Source of the DNA: Gammaproteobacteria bacterium
GTDB taxonomy: Bacteria > Pseudomonadota > Gammaproteobacteria > Porifericomitales > Porifericomitaceae
Direction of reading: 5' to 3'
Length of the DNA stretch: 64,000 bases
Assembly (NCBI GenBank): GCA_014238615.1
Contig: JABAAT010000016.1
Location: 894 to 64,893 of the forward strand
How positions within the stretch are numbered: the stretch's first letter is position 1; each line of letters starts with the position of its first letter. Of this stretch, positions 50,285 through 61,127 are shown in pieces. The translations under genes were made by a program, and so were the position numbers. The notes under the pieces are model-generated. The model had not been told where the DNA came from, made no database searches, and worked only from the letters and a program-made list of their open reading frames with translations.

Positions 50285-51406
50285 ATGCAAACTTACCTGA
50301 ACACAGTCGCCTTCTTCACGCCCCTCGCTTTGGCCCTGTTCCTGGCCGGCGTCCAGTTCTGGTTGTTCAAGGCGCTGGCCCGGCACGCCAGGCGCAACGA
50401 CCGAACCATGTTCCTGGGGAACGTGCTGCAGGCCGCGCGCCTGCCGGTGACGGTGTTGATCCTGTTTTTCGGCTTCCGACACCAGTTAGAGAACATCGTC
50501 ACCCTGTACTGGGAGTGGGACAAGCGCCTTGACACTTTTTTTGAGCTGGTTGGCCTGCTGCTGCTGTTCTGGGTGTTGCTGCGCCTGTTGCACGAGGGGC
50601 AGCAGCGCGTCCTGATGCTGCTTGGCCGGCGGCGGGATCTCACGATACGGGACAGAACGAATGTGGGCATGGTCGTCAAGATCCTGCAAATGCTGCTTGC
50701 GCTTGTATGGTTCATGGCTGTCCTGCAGCTTTTCGGCATTCAGATCACCTCCCTGCTTGCCCTGGGCGGCGTCGGCGGCCTGGTGTTTGGCTTGGCGGCC
50801 AAGGATTTGCTGGCTAATTTTTTCGGCGGCGCGATTGTCTATATGGATCGCCCCTTTGAGGTCGGTGACTGGATTCGCTGTCCCGAGCATGGGGTTGAGG
50901 GCGTGGTAGAGCATATTGGTTGGCGCATGACGCGTATTCTGACCTTTGAGAAACGCTTCCTGTACGTGCCGAATTCAACCTTCACCACCGCGGTGGTGGA
51001 GAATCCTTCACGCATGCTGAATCGACGTATCTACGAATACCTGGGCGTGCGCTATGAAGACCATGAAAAGGTCGCGGGCCTTCTGGAGGCGGTGCGCGGC
51101 ATGCTGCAGGAACATCCGGAGATAGACCAGCAGCAAACGCTCATGGTGAACCTGGATCGCTATTCCCCCTCCTCGCTGGATTTTTTCATCTACACCTTTA
51201 CCCGTACCACCGACTGGGTGAAGTTCCATGAGATCAAGCAGGACGTGATGCTGCGCATTCTGAAACTTATCGCCGCGCACGGCGCCGAATGCGCGTTTCC
51301 CACCACCACGGTTCAGCTCAAGCCGGAGCCGGCCCCCGGGCGCGTCCCGGGCGTGCCCCTTACCGATGGAACTATCCTTCCTGAAAGCGCAAGCCCTGGG
51401 CAATGA
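50285..51406 (+). CDS. MscS family mechanosensitive channel (YnaI-like)
   Basis: LALGGVGGLVFGLAAKDLLANFFGG, DRPFEVGDWI, VEHIGWRMTRI, VPNS, FAFP-like CAFPT. Confidence 0.93.
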   Translation: MQTYLNTVAFFTPLALALFLAGVQFWLFKALARHARRNDRTMFLGNVLQAARLPVTVLILFFGFRHQLENIVTLYWEWDKRLDTFFELVGLLLLFWVLLRLLHEGQQRVLMLLGRRRDLTIRDRTNVGMVVKILQMLLALVWFMAVLQLFGIQITSLLALGGVGGLVFGLAAKDLLANFFGGAIVYMDRPFEVGDWIRCPEHGVEGVVEHIGWRMTRILTFEKRFLYVPNSTFTTAVVENPSRMLNRRIYEYLGVRYEDHEKVAGLLEAVRGMLQEHPEIDQQQTLMVNLDRYSPSSLDFFIYTFTRTTDWVKFHEIKQDVMLRILKLIAAHGAECAFPTTTVQLKPEPAPGRVPGVPLTDGTILPESASPGQ

Positions 51407-52205
51407 CTTCATGCTCGTGGACGCGCGGACATCCGCTCCCGGGTGGGCCGCCGTCCTGAATCCCCCCTGGGTGCGGCGGGTCGCCGATCGGCGCCTGGGG
51501 GTGGGATTTGACCAGCTGCTGTGGTTGGAGCCCGGGACGGAGGGCGTCGCGGCCGGTTTGCGCATTTTCAACGCCGACGGTGGGGAGGTCGGCCAGTGTG
51601 GCAATGGTCTGCGTTGCGTGGGACGCTACCTGTTTGAGCGTGGTGAAGGCGCGCGGGGAACGTTGCGCGTGGCTTGCGCGTCCGGTGCGGTGGTGCTGGG
51701 TCTGCGGGCGGACGGCTGGGTGCAGGCGGAGATGGGAGCACCCTGCCTGGAGCCCGCGCGGGTGCCTTTTGAGGCCGCGGAACAGGCGCGGAGCTATTCC
51801 CTGGAGGTGGCGGGGGAGGTCGTGGAAGCGATGGTCCTGGGGCTCGGGAATCCACACGCGGTGCTGCGCGTCGAGCGCCTGGAGGAGGCGCCCGTGGCGC
51901 GCCTGGGGGCGGCGCTGAACGCCCATGCCCGTTTCCCGCTCGGAGTGAACGTCACGTTTATGCGGGTCGCGGCGCCGAACATGATTCAACTGCGGGTCTA
52001 CGAGCGTGGCGCCGGTGAAACCCCGGCATGCGGCAGCGGCGCCTGCGCGGCGGCGGCGGCCGGCCGGCTACGTGGTTGGCTGGAAGATCGGGTGCGGGTG
52101 TGCTTCCCAGGCGGTGAACTGGAAGTACACTATGAGGGCGGGGAGAATTCCATGCTGTTGGCGGGTCCGGCGGCGATCGTGTACACGGGAAAAATGCAGG
52201 CCTGA
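51366..52205 (+). CDS. dapF: diaminopimelate epimerase
   Basis: LGNDF, GVGFDQ, NADG.E..QCGNG, GNPH, RVYERGAGETPACGSGAC. Confidence 0.96.
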   Translation: MELSFLKAQALGNDFMLVDARTSAPGWAAVLNPPWVRRVADRRLGVGFDQLLWLEPGTEGVAAGLRIFNADGGEVGQCGNGLRCVGRYLFERGEGARGTLRVACASGAVVLGLRADGWVQAEMGAPCLEPARVPFEAAEQARSYSLEVAGEVVEAMVLGLGNPHAVLRVERLEEAPVARLGAALNAHARFPLGVNVTFMRVAAPNMIQLRVYERGAGETPACGSGACAAAAAGRLRGWLEDRVRVCFPGGELEVHYEGGENSMLLAGPAAIVYTGKMQA

Positions 52206-52209
52206 GACA

Positions 52210-52929
52210 ATGAAATGTTCCACAAAAGAGGCGGATAAGACGGCCGGAGAGATCAGCGAGGCCCAGGTGGTCGCCCACCTGAAGCGGCACTCGGACTTCT
52301 TCAGGCGGCACATGGAGCTGTTGTCTCAGCTTGATGTGCCGCATGACGTGGACGGTGTGACCTCGTTGATCGAGAGCCAGGTCAAGGTGCTGCGCGGAGA
52401 GAACAAGCGCTTCCGCAGGGAACGCGGGGAGCTTCTGGAGGCCGTGCGCGCCAACGAGGTGCTTGCCAGGCGCCTGCATGGGGCCCTGCGGAGTTTGCTG
52501 GCCGCGGACAGTCCCGGGCGGTTTTTTGAGGCGGTGGCGCAGCAGCTACCCGGTCATTTCTCGGTGCAGGCCGTGAAACTGGTGTTGTTCGGCGCCGCGC
52601 CGAAGGGGCGTTCCGGGCAACTTCCATGGAGTCAATTTGAGGGCAGTGATTCCAGGGAGCACACCCGGTACGGGCATTTACTCAGGCACGGCAAATCCCA
52701 GGCCCTGCTCTTGGACCGGGACAAGGCTATCCTGTATTTCGGGAAGGAAAGCGAGGGTCTGCATTCCGCCGTGAGCCTGCCGTTGCAGGGGCGTTCCTGG
52801 CAGGGCCTGCTGCTGGTGGGGAGCGACAGTTCCGAACGCTTCAGCGGCGAGGTGCGCTTCGAAATGATCGACGCCTTCGCGCAGTTGCTGGCGACTGTCC
52901 TGGAGCGCTGGATCGGCACCCCGGCATGA
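52210..52929 (+). CDS. DUF484 family protein (YigA-like)
   Basis: V.AHL.RH.DFF.RH..LL..L.VPH, SLIE.QV..LR, GAF-like C-terminus; dapF-DUF484-xerC synteny. Confidence 0.85.
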   Translation: MKCSTKEADKTAGEISEAQVVAHLKRHSDFFRRHMELLSQLDVPHDVDGVTSLIESQVKVLRGENKRFRRERGELLEAVRANEVLARRLHGALRSLLAADSPGRFFEAVAQQLPGHFSVQAVKLVLFGAAPKGRSGQLPWSQFEGSDSREHTRYGHLLRHGKSQALLLDRDKAILYFGKESEGLHSAVSLPLQGRSWQGLLLVGSDSSERFSGEVRFEMIDAFAQLLATVLERWIGTPA

Positions 52930-53915
52930 TGCCCCTCGCGTCCCGCCGCCTGGACGAGTTTCTGAACGCCTGTGTGCACCTGTCGCCGCATACGCGGCGT
53001 GCCTACCGCGCCGACCTGGAACGGTTGCGGCGCTACTGCGACAGCCACGGGATCAGCGATTGGAAAGGCCTGGATCGGAACGCGGCGCAGGCTTTCGTAG
53101 CCTGGTGCCGGCAGGGGGGTCTGGGGGCGCGTTCCGTGCAACGCGTGCTCTCGGTGCTGCGTTCCTTTTTCCGCTTCCTGCTGGAGCGCGGCCTGGCGTC
53201 GTCAAACCCCACGCGGGAGTTACGGGCGCCGCGGCGGCGGCAGCGTCTGCCGCGTCTGCTGGATGTCGATCAAGCCGGTCACTTCGTGGCGCCTCCGGTG
53301 CTGGATTCAACACCTCTGGTGGTTCGGGACCGCGCCATCCTGGAGTTGTTTTACTCTTCCGGCTTGCGGCTCTCGGAGTTGGTGGGTCTCGATTTAGGGC
53401 ATTTTGAGGCGGGTGTCGCCTGTGTCCAGGTTGTCGGTAAGGGCGGCAGGCAGCGCCGTCTGCCGGTGGGGCGTTGCGCCCTGGAAGCGTTGGAGCACTG
53501 GTTGCGCCTGCGTCCCGGGCTGGCGGCGGCGCATGAGAAGGCGCTCTTCGTGGGTCGCCACGGGCGGCGGTTACAGCAGCGCGGCGTGCAGCACCTGTTC
53601 CGGCGGCGCGCGGCGCAGAGCGGCGGCGCGGTGGTGCATCCGCACATGTTGCGCCATTCCTTCGCCAGTCACCTGCTGGAATCCGGCGCTGATCTGCGCT
53701 CCGTGCAGGAACTGCTGGGCCATGCCAGCGTGCGCACCACGCAAATCTATACCCACCTGGATTTTCAACACCTTGCCGGAGTTTATGACCGTGCGCATCC
53801 GCGGGCCCGGCAACGTACCGCCGCCTCCGATGCCATGACCAACCCGCTCCGCGCTCAACCTGGAGCCAAGCCCGCGTTGCGCCCGGGCGCGGAACCAGGC
53901 CGGCGTCGACGGTGA
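52926..53915 (+). CDS. xerC: tyrosine recombinase XerC
   Basis: [57 protein letters not shown]. Confidence 0.95.
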   Translation: MMPLASRRLDEFLNACVHLSPHTRRAYRADLERLRRYCDSHGISDWKGLDRNAAQAFVAWCRQGGLGARSVQRVLSVLRSFFRFLLERGLASSNPTRELRAPRRRQRLPRLLDVDQAGHFVAPPVLDSTPLVVRDRAILELFYSSGLRLSELVGLDLGHFEAGVACVQVVGKGGRQRRLPVGRCALEALEHWLRLRPGLAAAHEKALFVGRHGRRLQQRGVQHLFRRRAAQSGGAVVHPHMLRHSFASHLLESGADLRSVQELLGHASVRTTQIYTHLDFQHLAGVYDRAHPRARQRTAASDAMTNPLRAQPGAKPALRPGAEPGRRRR

Positions 53916-54499
53916 CCGGCGCATCCGGAGGCGCCTGGGCGGGGGCGCGCGGCACCACCGTGCTGTGTGTACGCCGCGCGGGCGAGGTGGTGATGGCGAG
54001 TGACGGCCAGGTCACCATGAACGGGCTGATCCTGAAAGGCAACGCACGCAAGGTGCGTCGCCTGGGCAAGGAAAGCCAGGTGCTGGCTGGATTTGCCGGC
54101 GGCACGGCGGACGCCCTGACACTTTTTGAATTGTTTGAGGCGAACCTGGAACAGCACCAGGGCAACCTGCGCCGGGCGGCCGTGGAACTGGCCAAGAGCT
54201 GGCGCACCGAGCGCCGCCTGCGGCGCCTGGAAGCCCTGCTTTGCGTGGCCGATCTGCAGATCACGCTGACCTTGTCCGGCAACGGAGACGTGCTGGAACC
54301 CGAGCACCAGGTGATAGGCATCGGTTCCGGTGGAGGTTACGCCATGGCCGCGGCGTGTGCTTTGCTGCGGCACAGTGAGCTCGGTGCCCGTGCCGTGGCC
54401 GAGAGCGCCATGGAATGCGCCGCGGAACTCTGCATCTATACGAACCGCAACCTGGTGCTGGAGGAGTTGCCGTTACGCGCCAGGGAGCAGGCTTCGTGA
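53912..54499 (+). CDS. hslV: ATP-dependent protease subunit HslV
   Basis: [44 protein letters not shown]. Confidence 0.96.
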   Translation: MTGASGGAWAGARGTTVLCVRRAGEVVMASDGQVTMNGLILKGNARKVRRLGKESQVLAGFAGGTADALTLFELFEANLEQHQGNLRRAAVELAKSWRTERRLRRLEALLCVADLQITLTLSGNGDVLEPEHQVIGIGSGGGYAMAAACALLRHSELGARAVAESAMECAAELCIYTNRNLVLEELPLRAREQAS

Positions 54500-55875
54500 G
54501 CCGTGCGCCGGTGATTCCCCTGCCGGACACGCGCGGCGCTGCACCCGAACCGCACTCCCCGGACATTGAGTTCACGCCGCAGCAGACCGTCCTGGAACTG
54601 GACAAGCATGTGATCGGCCAGCAGGCGGCTAAGCGGGCGGTGTCCATCGCCTTGCGCAACCGCTGGCGGCGCAGCCGCATCGATGAGCCCATGTGCAGCG
54701 AAATCATGCCCAAGAACATTCTCATGATAGGTCCCACCGGGGTGGGTAAGACCGAGATTTCACGGCGCCTGGCGCGCCTCGTGGATGCGCCCTTCATCAA
54801 GGTGGAGGCGACCAAGTTTACGGAAGTCGGCTACGTGGGGCGTGACGTGGAATCGATTATCCGTGACCTGGTGGAGGCTGCCATCAAGATGCTGCGCGAG
54901 CACGCCGTGGGGCGCTTTAAGGAGCGCGCCCGGGAGGCCGCCGTGCAGCGGCTCCTGGACGCCCTGTGCCGGGAGCAGAGCGAATTGGTCGGAGTGCCGC
55001 GCGAAGACCTGCGACAACGCCTGCAATCCGGGGAATTTGACGCCATGGAAGTGGAATGTGAGTTTCGCGACCTACGCCTGGGGGTGGAGATCATGGGGCC
55101 GCCGGGCATGGAGGAAATGACCCGCCAGCTGCAGGACATGATGCGGGGGCTGTCCGGCCGGCAACAGCGCACCCGCCGCCTGCGTGCCGATGCGGCGTTG
55201 CGCCAGCTGGTCGATGAGGAAGTGCAGCACCTCGTGGATGAAGAGGAATTAAAGACTGAGGCGATTGACAAGGTGGAGCAGAACGGCCTGGTGTTCATCG
55301 ATGAGATCGACAAGATCAGCAGCCGTGGAGAGCCTGCGCACAACGCCGAGGTCTCCCGTGAAGGTGTGCAGCGCGACCTGCTGCCCTTGATTGAAGGCTG
55401 CACCGTTTCCACCCGCTACGGTACGGTCAGCACCGACCATATCCTGTTTATCTGCTCCGGCTCCTTCCATCGGGCCAAGCCCTCCGACCTGATCCCGGAG
55501 TTACAGGGCCGTCTGCCGATCCGAGTGGAACTGAAATCCCTGAAAGTGCAGGACTTCAAACGCATTCTCACCGAACCCGATTGCTCGCTGACCGAGCAGT
55601 ACCGCGCTTTGCTGGCCGTGGATGAAGTGGAGCTACGCTTCTCCGAGGATGGCATCCAGCGCCTCGCCGAGATCGCCTGGCAGATCAATGAACGCACTGA
55701 GAACATAGGCGCGCGCCGGCTGCACACAATTTTAGAGCGCCTTCTGGACGAACTTTCCTTCCAGGCCCCGGAGCCGGGTTACCGCGGTTCCGCCGTGACC
55801 ATTGACCAGGCCTACGTCAACCGGCAACTGGAGAGCCTGGTGGAAGATGAAGATCTGAGCCGCTACATCCTGTAA
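54496..55875 (+). CDS. hslU: ATP-dependent protease ATPase HslU (GTG at 54496 overlaps the hslV stop)
   Basis: [51 protein letters not shown]. Confidence 0.96.
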   Translation: MSRAPVIPLPDTRGAAPEPHSPDIEFTPQQTVLELDKHVIGQQAAKRAVSIALRNRWRRSRIDEPMCSEIMPKNILMIGPTGVGKTEISRRLARLVDAPFIKVEATKFTEVGYVGRDVESIIRDLVEAAIKMLREHAVGRFKERAREAAVQRLLDALCREQSELVGVPREDLRQRLQSGEFDAMEVECEFRDLRLGVEIMGPPGMEEMTRQLQDMMRGLSGRQQRTRRLRADAALRQLVDEEVQHLVDEEELKTEAIDKVEQNGLVFIDEIDKISSRGEPAHNAEVSREGVQRDLLPLIEGCTVSTRYGTVSTDHILFICSGSFHRAKPSDLIPELQGRLPIRVELKSLKVQDFKRILTEPDCSLTEQYRALLAVDEVELRFSEDGIQRLAEIAWQINERTENIGARRLHTILERLLDELSFQAPEPGYRGSAVTIDQAYVNRQLESLVEDEDLSRYIL

Positions 55876-55890
55876 GCCGTCTTTTCATCC

Positions 55891-56262
55891 ATGCCTCCTT
55901 CTTCCCCCACGGCCCCACAGACGCCGCTTGTGATTCGGCTGCGGCGGCGCGTCCGCCGCCTGGAATTGAGTTTCGCTGACGGTGCCGAGTTCAGTCTGCC
56001 TTTCGAGTTGCTGCGCGTGTATTCACCCTCGGCCGAGACCGCGGGGCACGGTCCGGGACAACGGCGTTTCCCGTCCGGTAAAGCCGATGTGGACATTACC
56101 GGGGCGGACCCGGTGGGGAACTACGCGGTGCGCCTGCTGTTTGACGACGGCCATAACACTGGCCTGTACACCTGGGAATACCTTTATGAACTGGGCCGCG
56201 ACCGGGAGCTACTGGAACGACGCTACCGGGAGGCCCTGGCAGCCCGGGAGCAGCCGCGGTGA
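55891..56262 (+). CDS. DUF971 / GBBH-like N-terminal domain protein
   Basis: LRVYSPSAE..GH, VGNYAV.L.FDDGHNTGLY; hslU-DUF971-ubiE synteny. Confidence 0.9.
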   Translation: MPPSSPTAPQTPLVIRLRRRVRRLELSFADGAEFSLPFELLRVYSPSAETAGHGPGQRRFPSGKADVDITGADPVGNYAVRLLFDDGHNTGLYTWEYLYELGRDRELLERRYREALAAREQPR

Positions 56263-57014
56263 GTCCGCCGGACGCGGAGCGGGCATGCTTTGGTTTTGAG
56301 GAAGTCTCGCGCACCGAGCATCGGCACCGGATCGGGCGGGTTTTCTCGGACGTTGCGTCCCGCTACGATCTCATGAATGATTGCATGTCCCTGGGGTTGC
56401 ACCGGCTCTGGAAAAGATTCGCGGTGCAGTTGGCGCGGCCGCGGCGGGGCGAGCGGGTCCTGGACCTGGCCGCCGGAACCTGTGACCTGGCGGCCCTGAT
56501 CGCGCCGCGGGTGGGGGCGGAAGGCCTGGTGTTGGCCTGCGATCGCAATCCCAGGATGCTCAGCCTGGGCCGGGATCGCATGCTGCGCCGCGGCCTGGTG
56601 AGTAACCTGCGCTACGTCGTGGGCGCCGCCGAGGACCTGCCCTGTCGGGAGGGCGTGTTCCACCTGGCAACCATTGCTTTTGGCTTGCGCAACATGACGG
56701 ATCGGGCCGCGGCGCTGCGCGGCGTGTACGCCAGGCTGCGCCCGGGCGGGCGCCTGCTGGTGCTGGAATTCTCCCGGCCGCGCCCGCGCTTTCTGCGTCC
56801 CGCCTGGCGAGCTTATTGTCTCTCTTGTTTGCCGCGCCTCGGCGCCTGGATAGCCGGTGACGGCCCAAGTTACCGTTACCTGGGTGAGTCGGTGCTGTCC
56901 TTCCCGGGCGCGGCGCGGATTGCAGGAGAGTTGGAACGCGCCGGATTCCGCGAGTTGCGGCGGCATGCGCTGGCGGGCGGCGTGGTGACCGCGCACCTGG
57001 CCTGGAAATTGTGA
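56259..57014 (+). CDS. ubiE: ubiquinone/menaquinone C-methyltransferase
   Basis: VA.RYDLMND.MS.GLHRLWK, VLDLAAGT, IAFGLRN, LRPGG.LL.LEFS, Y.YL.ES. Confidence 0.94.
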   Translation: MSPPDAERACFGFEEVSRTEHRHRIGRVFSDVASRYDLMNDCMSLGLHRLWKRFAVQLARPRRGERVLDLAAGTCDLAALIAPRVGAEGLVLACDRNPRMLSLGRDRMLRRGLVSNLRYVVGAAEDLPCREGVFHLATIAFGLRNMTDRAAALRGVYARLRPGGRLLVLEFSRPRPRFLRPAWRAYCLSCLPRLGAWIAGDGPSYRYLGESVLSFPGAARIAGELERAGFRELRRHALAGGVVTAHLAWKL

Positions 57015-57652
57015 AGAGCGCTCCCCAGGCCGGCCGCGCGTCCCTGGAGTGGGCCTTGAACCGCCTGTTGGACCTGGATCCGCAAACCCGCATGCGGCTG
57101 GCGGAGTACGCCGGCCGCCGCATTGAACTGTGTCTGCCCGGTGGCGCTTGTGCGCTGCGTCTGCTCCTGGAAACGGAGGGGCTGCGCCTGGAAGACGCCG
57201 CCCGAAACATCGATCCGGGCGTGGAGCCGGACCTGCGCGTGGAAGCGGCGCCGGTGGCTTTACTGGGTTTCTGGCTGCGGTCTCGGGGGAGCGCGCCGCC
57301 GGGTGCGCGTGAGTATGTGCAAGTCAGCGGGGACGCCCGGTTGTTGTCCGATCTGGCCGCCGTGCTGCGCGATTTCCGCCCTGATTTTGAAGGCGCCCTG
57401 GCGCCCTGGGTGGGTGATGGTGCGACCTTGCAGTTGCTGCATTGGGCGCGCGCGCTGCTGGAGTGGTTGCGCGGCGTTCTGCTGAAGGCCGCCCGGGACG
57501 GCAGGGAGCGCTTGCGTTATGAACACGGCTTGCTGCCCGGTCGCCCGGAGGTGAGGAATTTCCTCGAGGAAGCGGACCGCCTGCGGGATGCCGTGGAACA
57601 CCTGCGCCTGCGGCTTGAAGCACTGGAGCGGCGGCGCGCCGCCGACTCCTAA
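57011..57652 (+). CDS. ubiJ: ubiquinone biosynthesis accessory factor (SCP2 domain)
   Basis: LE.ALN.LL.LDP, SGD, D.E..LA..VGD, LRDAVEHL..RL..L; lies between ubiE and ubiB. Confidence 0.85.
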   Translation: MKSAPQAGRASLEWALNRLLDLDPQTRMRLAEYAGRRIELCLPGGACALRLLLETEGLRLEDAARNIDPGVEPDLRVEAAPVALLGFWLRSRGSAPPGAREYVQVSGDARLLSDLAAVLRDFRPDFEGALAPWVGDGATLQLLHWARALLEWLRGVLLKAARDGRERLRYEHGLLPGRPEVRNFLEEADRLRDAVEHLRLRLEALERRRAADS

Positions 57653-57661
57653 GCGCGCGCC

Positions 57662-59338
57662 ATGCTGCGACCGGGCCTGCTGCTGCGTGTTTTCAGTATC
57701 CAGCGCCTGCTTATCAGGTACGGCCTGGATGAAATGCTGCTTAACTCGCCGCTGTTCCGCTCCGTACGCTTCCTGTTTTACCTGTTGCCCTGGAACTGGA
57801 CGCGGCGGCCCCACAAGGAGCAGCGCGGGCGGCGGCTGCGCCTGTTGCTCGAGGAATTGGGCCCGGTTTACATCAAGTTCGGCCAGTTGCTTTCCACGCG
57901 GCCGGACCTGACGCCGGAAGATATCTCCGAGGAGCTGGCCCTGTTGCAGGATCGGGTGGCGCCCTTCCCCGGGGCGGAGGCGCGTCGCCAGGTGGAAGCG
58001 GCCCTGGGCCGTCCGATCGATGATTTATTCCGGGAGTTCGAGGAACAGCCCCTGGCCTCCGCTTCCATCGCCCAGGTGCATGGTGCCGTGCTGCTGGACG
58101 GTCGCCGGGTCATCGTCAAGGTGCCGCGTCCAGGGTTGCGGGGGAGCATCCGTTATGACCTGGAACTGCTACGCCTGGTAGCCGTGTCGCTGGAGCGTTA
58201 CTGGCGTGAGGCGCGCGCACTGCGGCCCACCGGCGTGGTGGATGAATTCGAAAAAACCCTCTACGCCGAGTTTGATTTCCTGCGGGAAGCGGCTAACGCC
58301 GCGCAGTTGCGGCGCAACCATAAAGACTCCGCGAGCCTGCATATTCCGGCCGTGATCTGGGAGTACAGCCGTTCCGAACTGCTGGTCATGGAACGCGTCA
58401 GCGGGATTCCCATCGGCAATCGAGCCGCCCTGGAGCGTGCCGGGGTGCAGCTGGATTGGATCGCCGAGGAACTGGTGCGCCTGTTCTTTACCATGATCTT
58501 TCGCGACAGCTTTTTTCACGCGGATCTGCACCCGGGCAATCTCTTCATTCTGCCTGCCTCCGAGGGGCAGCCCTGCCGCATCGCCCTGGTGGACTTCGGC
58601 ATCACCGGAACCCTGAGTGAGCGCGATCAACGCTACCTGGCGGAGAATTTCCTGGCGTTCCTGGAGCGCGATTACGCGCGGGTCGCGCAATTGCACGTGG
58701 AGTCCGGCTGGGTGCCGCCCGGCACGCGCACGGATGAATTCGAAGCGGCCGTGCGCACGGTGTGCGAACCCCTGCTGGATCGGCCATTGCGCCAGATCTC
58801 CTTCGGACTCCTGTTGCTGCGCCTGTTGCGTATCGCCCGCCAGTTTCGCATGGAGATCCTGCCGCAGTTGCTGCTGTTGCAGAAAAGCCTGGTGAACCTG
58901 GAGGGACTGGGTCGATCGCTCTATCCGGACCTGGAATTGTGGAAGACCGTGCGGGTGCAAATGGAGCAGTGGCTGAAAAGCCGCGTCGGGATGGGGGGGA
59001 TTTGGCGGCAGTCGAAGCGGCGCCTGCCGCATTGGCTGGAACGGTTGCCCCAGGCGCCTTCACGCGCCCTGGAAGCCCTGGAGCGCCTGCATGAAAATCG
59101 CCTGGAGCTGGGATTCCGATCCACTGACTTGCGCGCCTTGCACGTGGAACTGCGTGCCGGCATGCGCCGGTTGTTCATGGTGCTGGCCGGCGGCCTGCTG
59201 CTGGTGACCGCCGCCGTGCTCGCCCTGGGGGAGCCCTCCGGCTGGCTGAGGCTGTGCTCTTGGGGCGCGACGTGCGGGGGGCTGCTGTTACTGGCGCTGG
59301 GATTGCGTGCACTGTTTTTCCAGGAGCCGCGCGACTGA
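57662..59338 (+). CDS. ubiB: ubiquinone biosynthesis protein kinase-like UbiB
   Basis: LGPVYIKFGQLLSTRPD, ASASIAQVH, FFHADLHPGN, DFGI, PQLLLLQK. Confidence 0.96.
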   Translation: MLRPGLLLRVFSIQRLLIRYGLDEMLLNSPLFRSVRFLFYLLPWNWTRRPHKEQRGRRLRLLLEELGPVYIKFGQLLSTRPDLTPEDISEELALLQDRVAPFPGAEARRQVEAALGRPIDDLFREFEEQPLASASIAQVHGAVLLDGRRVIVKVPRPGLRGSIRYDLELLRLVAVSLERYWREARALRPTGVVDEFEKTLYAEFDFLREAANAAQLRRNHKDSASLHIPAVIWEYSRSELLVMERVSGIPIGNRAALERAGVQLDWIAEELVRLFFTMIFRDSFFHADLHPGNLFILPASEGQPCRIALVDFGITGTLSERDQRYLAENFLAFLERDYARVAQLHVESGWVPPGTRTDEFEAAVRTVCEPLLDRPLRQISFGLLLLRLLRIARQFRMEILPQLLLLQKSLVNLEGLGRSLYPDLELWKTVRVQMEQWLKSRVGMGGIWRQSKRRLPHWLERLPQAPSRALEALERLHENRLELGFRSTDLRALHVELRAGMRRLFMVLAGGLLLVTAAVLALGEPSGWLRLCSWGATCGGLLLLALGLRALFFQEPRD

Positions 59339-59413
59339 GCTCCAGTGGAGGCGTAGCTCCACCCGCGCGGGCGCCCTGACAGTCCCTGGATAAGCGTTCC
59401 GGCGATGACTTTT

Positions 59414-61087
59414 TCAGTCGCCTTCCGGAGCGGGCGGAGCGGGCGGGGGGGGCGTGGCGCGGAAACCGGAACTGATCGGGTAGCGCCGCTCGCGTCCGAA
59501 GGCGCGGTACGTGACCTTGGGTCCCGGAGGCGCCTGGCGGCGTTTGTGTTCGCTGCCCAGGATAAGGGTTGCGATCCTTGTCAGTAGCTCCGGCTCCAGG
59601 CCTTCCGCCGCCAGTTCCTCGAGGGTGCGATCCTGCTCCACGAAGCCGGTGATGATTCGATCCAGTACGGCGTAAGGCGGGAGGCTGTCCTGGTCCACCT
59701 GCCCGGGCCGCAGCTCGGCCGATGGCGGGCGCTCCAGGATGCGCTTCGGGATGTCGGCGCGCCGCCGGTTGCGCCAGCGCGCCAGGCGGTACACCCAGCT
59801 TTTGGAGAGATCCTTGAGCGGCGCGAAACCGCCTGCCATGTCACCGTACAAGGTCATGTAACCGACGGCCGCTTCACTCTTGTTGCCGGTCGCCAGCAGC
59901 AGTTTGCCGCGTTGATTGGCGAGCGCCATGAGCAAAGTGCCGCGCACACGCGCCTGTAGGTTTTCCTCCGTGACTTCCCTCGGCGTGTCCTCAAAGATGC
60001 CGCGCAGGGCTTTCCGGAAGGCGTCAAACAACGGATCGATGGGCAGCGTGTAGGCGCGCACGCCCAGGCGTGTCGCCAGGGCGGCGGCGTCCGTGGTGCT
60101 GATCCGGGCGCTGTAGCGGGACGGCATGAGCAACGTTTCTACATGTTCCGCACCGAGCGCGTCCACCGCCAGGCACAGGGTCAGGGCCGAATCGACGCCG
60201 CCGGACAGGCCCAGCACCGCGCCGCGCAAGCCGCTTGCCCCAAGATAGTCACGCAGGGCCGTGACCAGGGCCGTGTAAACCGCTTCCTCATCGTTTGGCA
60301 ATGGCTCCGACGCGACCTCCGTCACCACGGTCACACCGTCCGCGACGCCGCGCAACTCTACGGGGAACAGGCCTTCCTGGAACTGCGGGGCCTGCAGCCG
60401 TGTGACACCATTCGAGTCCAGCACCATGGAGGCGCCGTCGAATACCAACTCGTCCTGGCCGCCCACGAGATTCACGTAAGCGATAGGCAAAGCGCTCTCG
60501 CGCGTGCGTTCTTGCAGTTGCCGCAAGCGTTCGGCGTGCTTGCCAAGATGGTAGGGGGAGGCGTTCAGATTCAGGATGACCTGTGCTCCGCTCTCCCGGA
60601 TAGAGGCCAGGGGCTCCGGATGCCAGAGATCTTCACAGAGGGTCAGGGCCAGGCGCAGCCCGCCCAGCGTGCAGAGCACCACCTTCCGCCCGGGACTGAA
60701 GTGGCGCCTTTCATCGAAGACACCGTAGTTGGGCAGTTGTTGCTTGCGGTAGCGGGCGCGCAGGGTGCCTTGCGCGTAGAGGCTGCAGGCGTTGTACAGG
60801 CGTCCGTCCGGGGTCCGTTCCGGATGTCCCAGGAGCAGCGCCGGCAGGGCGCGCTCGCCGGCCAGGGCGCGGAGGGCCTGTTCCACCTGCGCGTGCAGTT
60901 CCGGTCGTGCCAGCAGATCGTCCGGAGGATAGCCGGTCAGGCAGAGTTCGGGAAACAGCACCAGCTCGGCCCCCAGTTCGCGCCGGGCCCGCGCCGCGGC
61001 TTGGCGCACACGGCGCAGGTTCCCGGGTACGTCCCCGACCGGGAAATGCAACTGGGCCAGCACCAGGCGTAGGCGCCGCCCGCTCAT
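59414..61087 (-). CDS. nadE: glutamine-dependent NAD+ synthetase (start 61087 or 61108)
   Basis: Nitrilase domain (FPEL.LTGYPP.DL, LPNYGVFDE, CEDLW) plus GLSGGVDSA, ENLQAR, TGNKSE, SAELRPGQ.D, KRRQAPPG. Confidence 0.95.
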   Translation of the reverse strand: MSGRRLRLVLAQLHFPVGDVPGNLRRVRQAAARARRELGAELVLFPELCLTGYPPDDLLARPELHAQVEQALRALAGERALPALLLGHPERTPDGRLYNACSLYAQGTLRARYRKQQLPNYGVFDERRHFSPGRKVVLCTLGGLRLALTLCEDLWHPEPLASIRESGAQVILNLNASPYHLGKHAERLRQLQERTRESALPIAYVNLVGGQDELVFDGASMVLDSNGVTRLQAPQFQEGLFPVELRGVADGVTVVTEVASEPLPNDEEAVYTALVTALRDYLGASGLRGAVLGLSGGVDSALTLCLAVDALGAEHVETLLMPSRYSARISTTDAAALATRLGVRAYTLPIDPLFDAFRKALRGIFEDTPREVTEENLQARVRGTLLMALANQRGKLLLATGNKSEAAVGYMTLYGDMAGGFAPLKDLSKSWVYRLARWRNRRRADIPKRILERPPSAELRPGQVDQDSLPPYAVLDRIITGFVEQDRTLEELAAEGLEPELLTRIATLILGSEHKRRQAPPGPKVTYRAFGRERRYPISSGFRATPPPPAPPAPEGD

Positions 61088-61127
61088 GCCGTCGGCCGCG
61101 CCGACCATGCGCCAGGGGAGGCGGCGT

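Noticed and set aside
52926-53915. Phage or island integrase
   Set aside because: Sequence and dapF-DUF484-xerC context identify housekeeping XerC
53912-53955. N-terminal extension before the HslV catalytic Thr
   Set aside because: Short propeptides ending in G-TT are common in proteobacterial HslV
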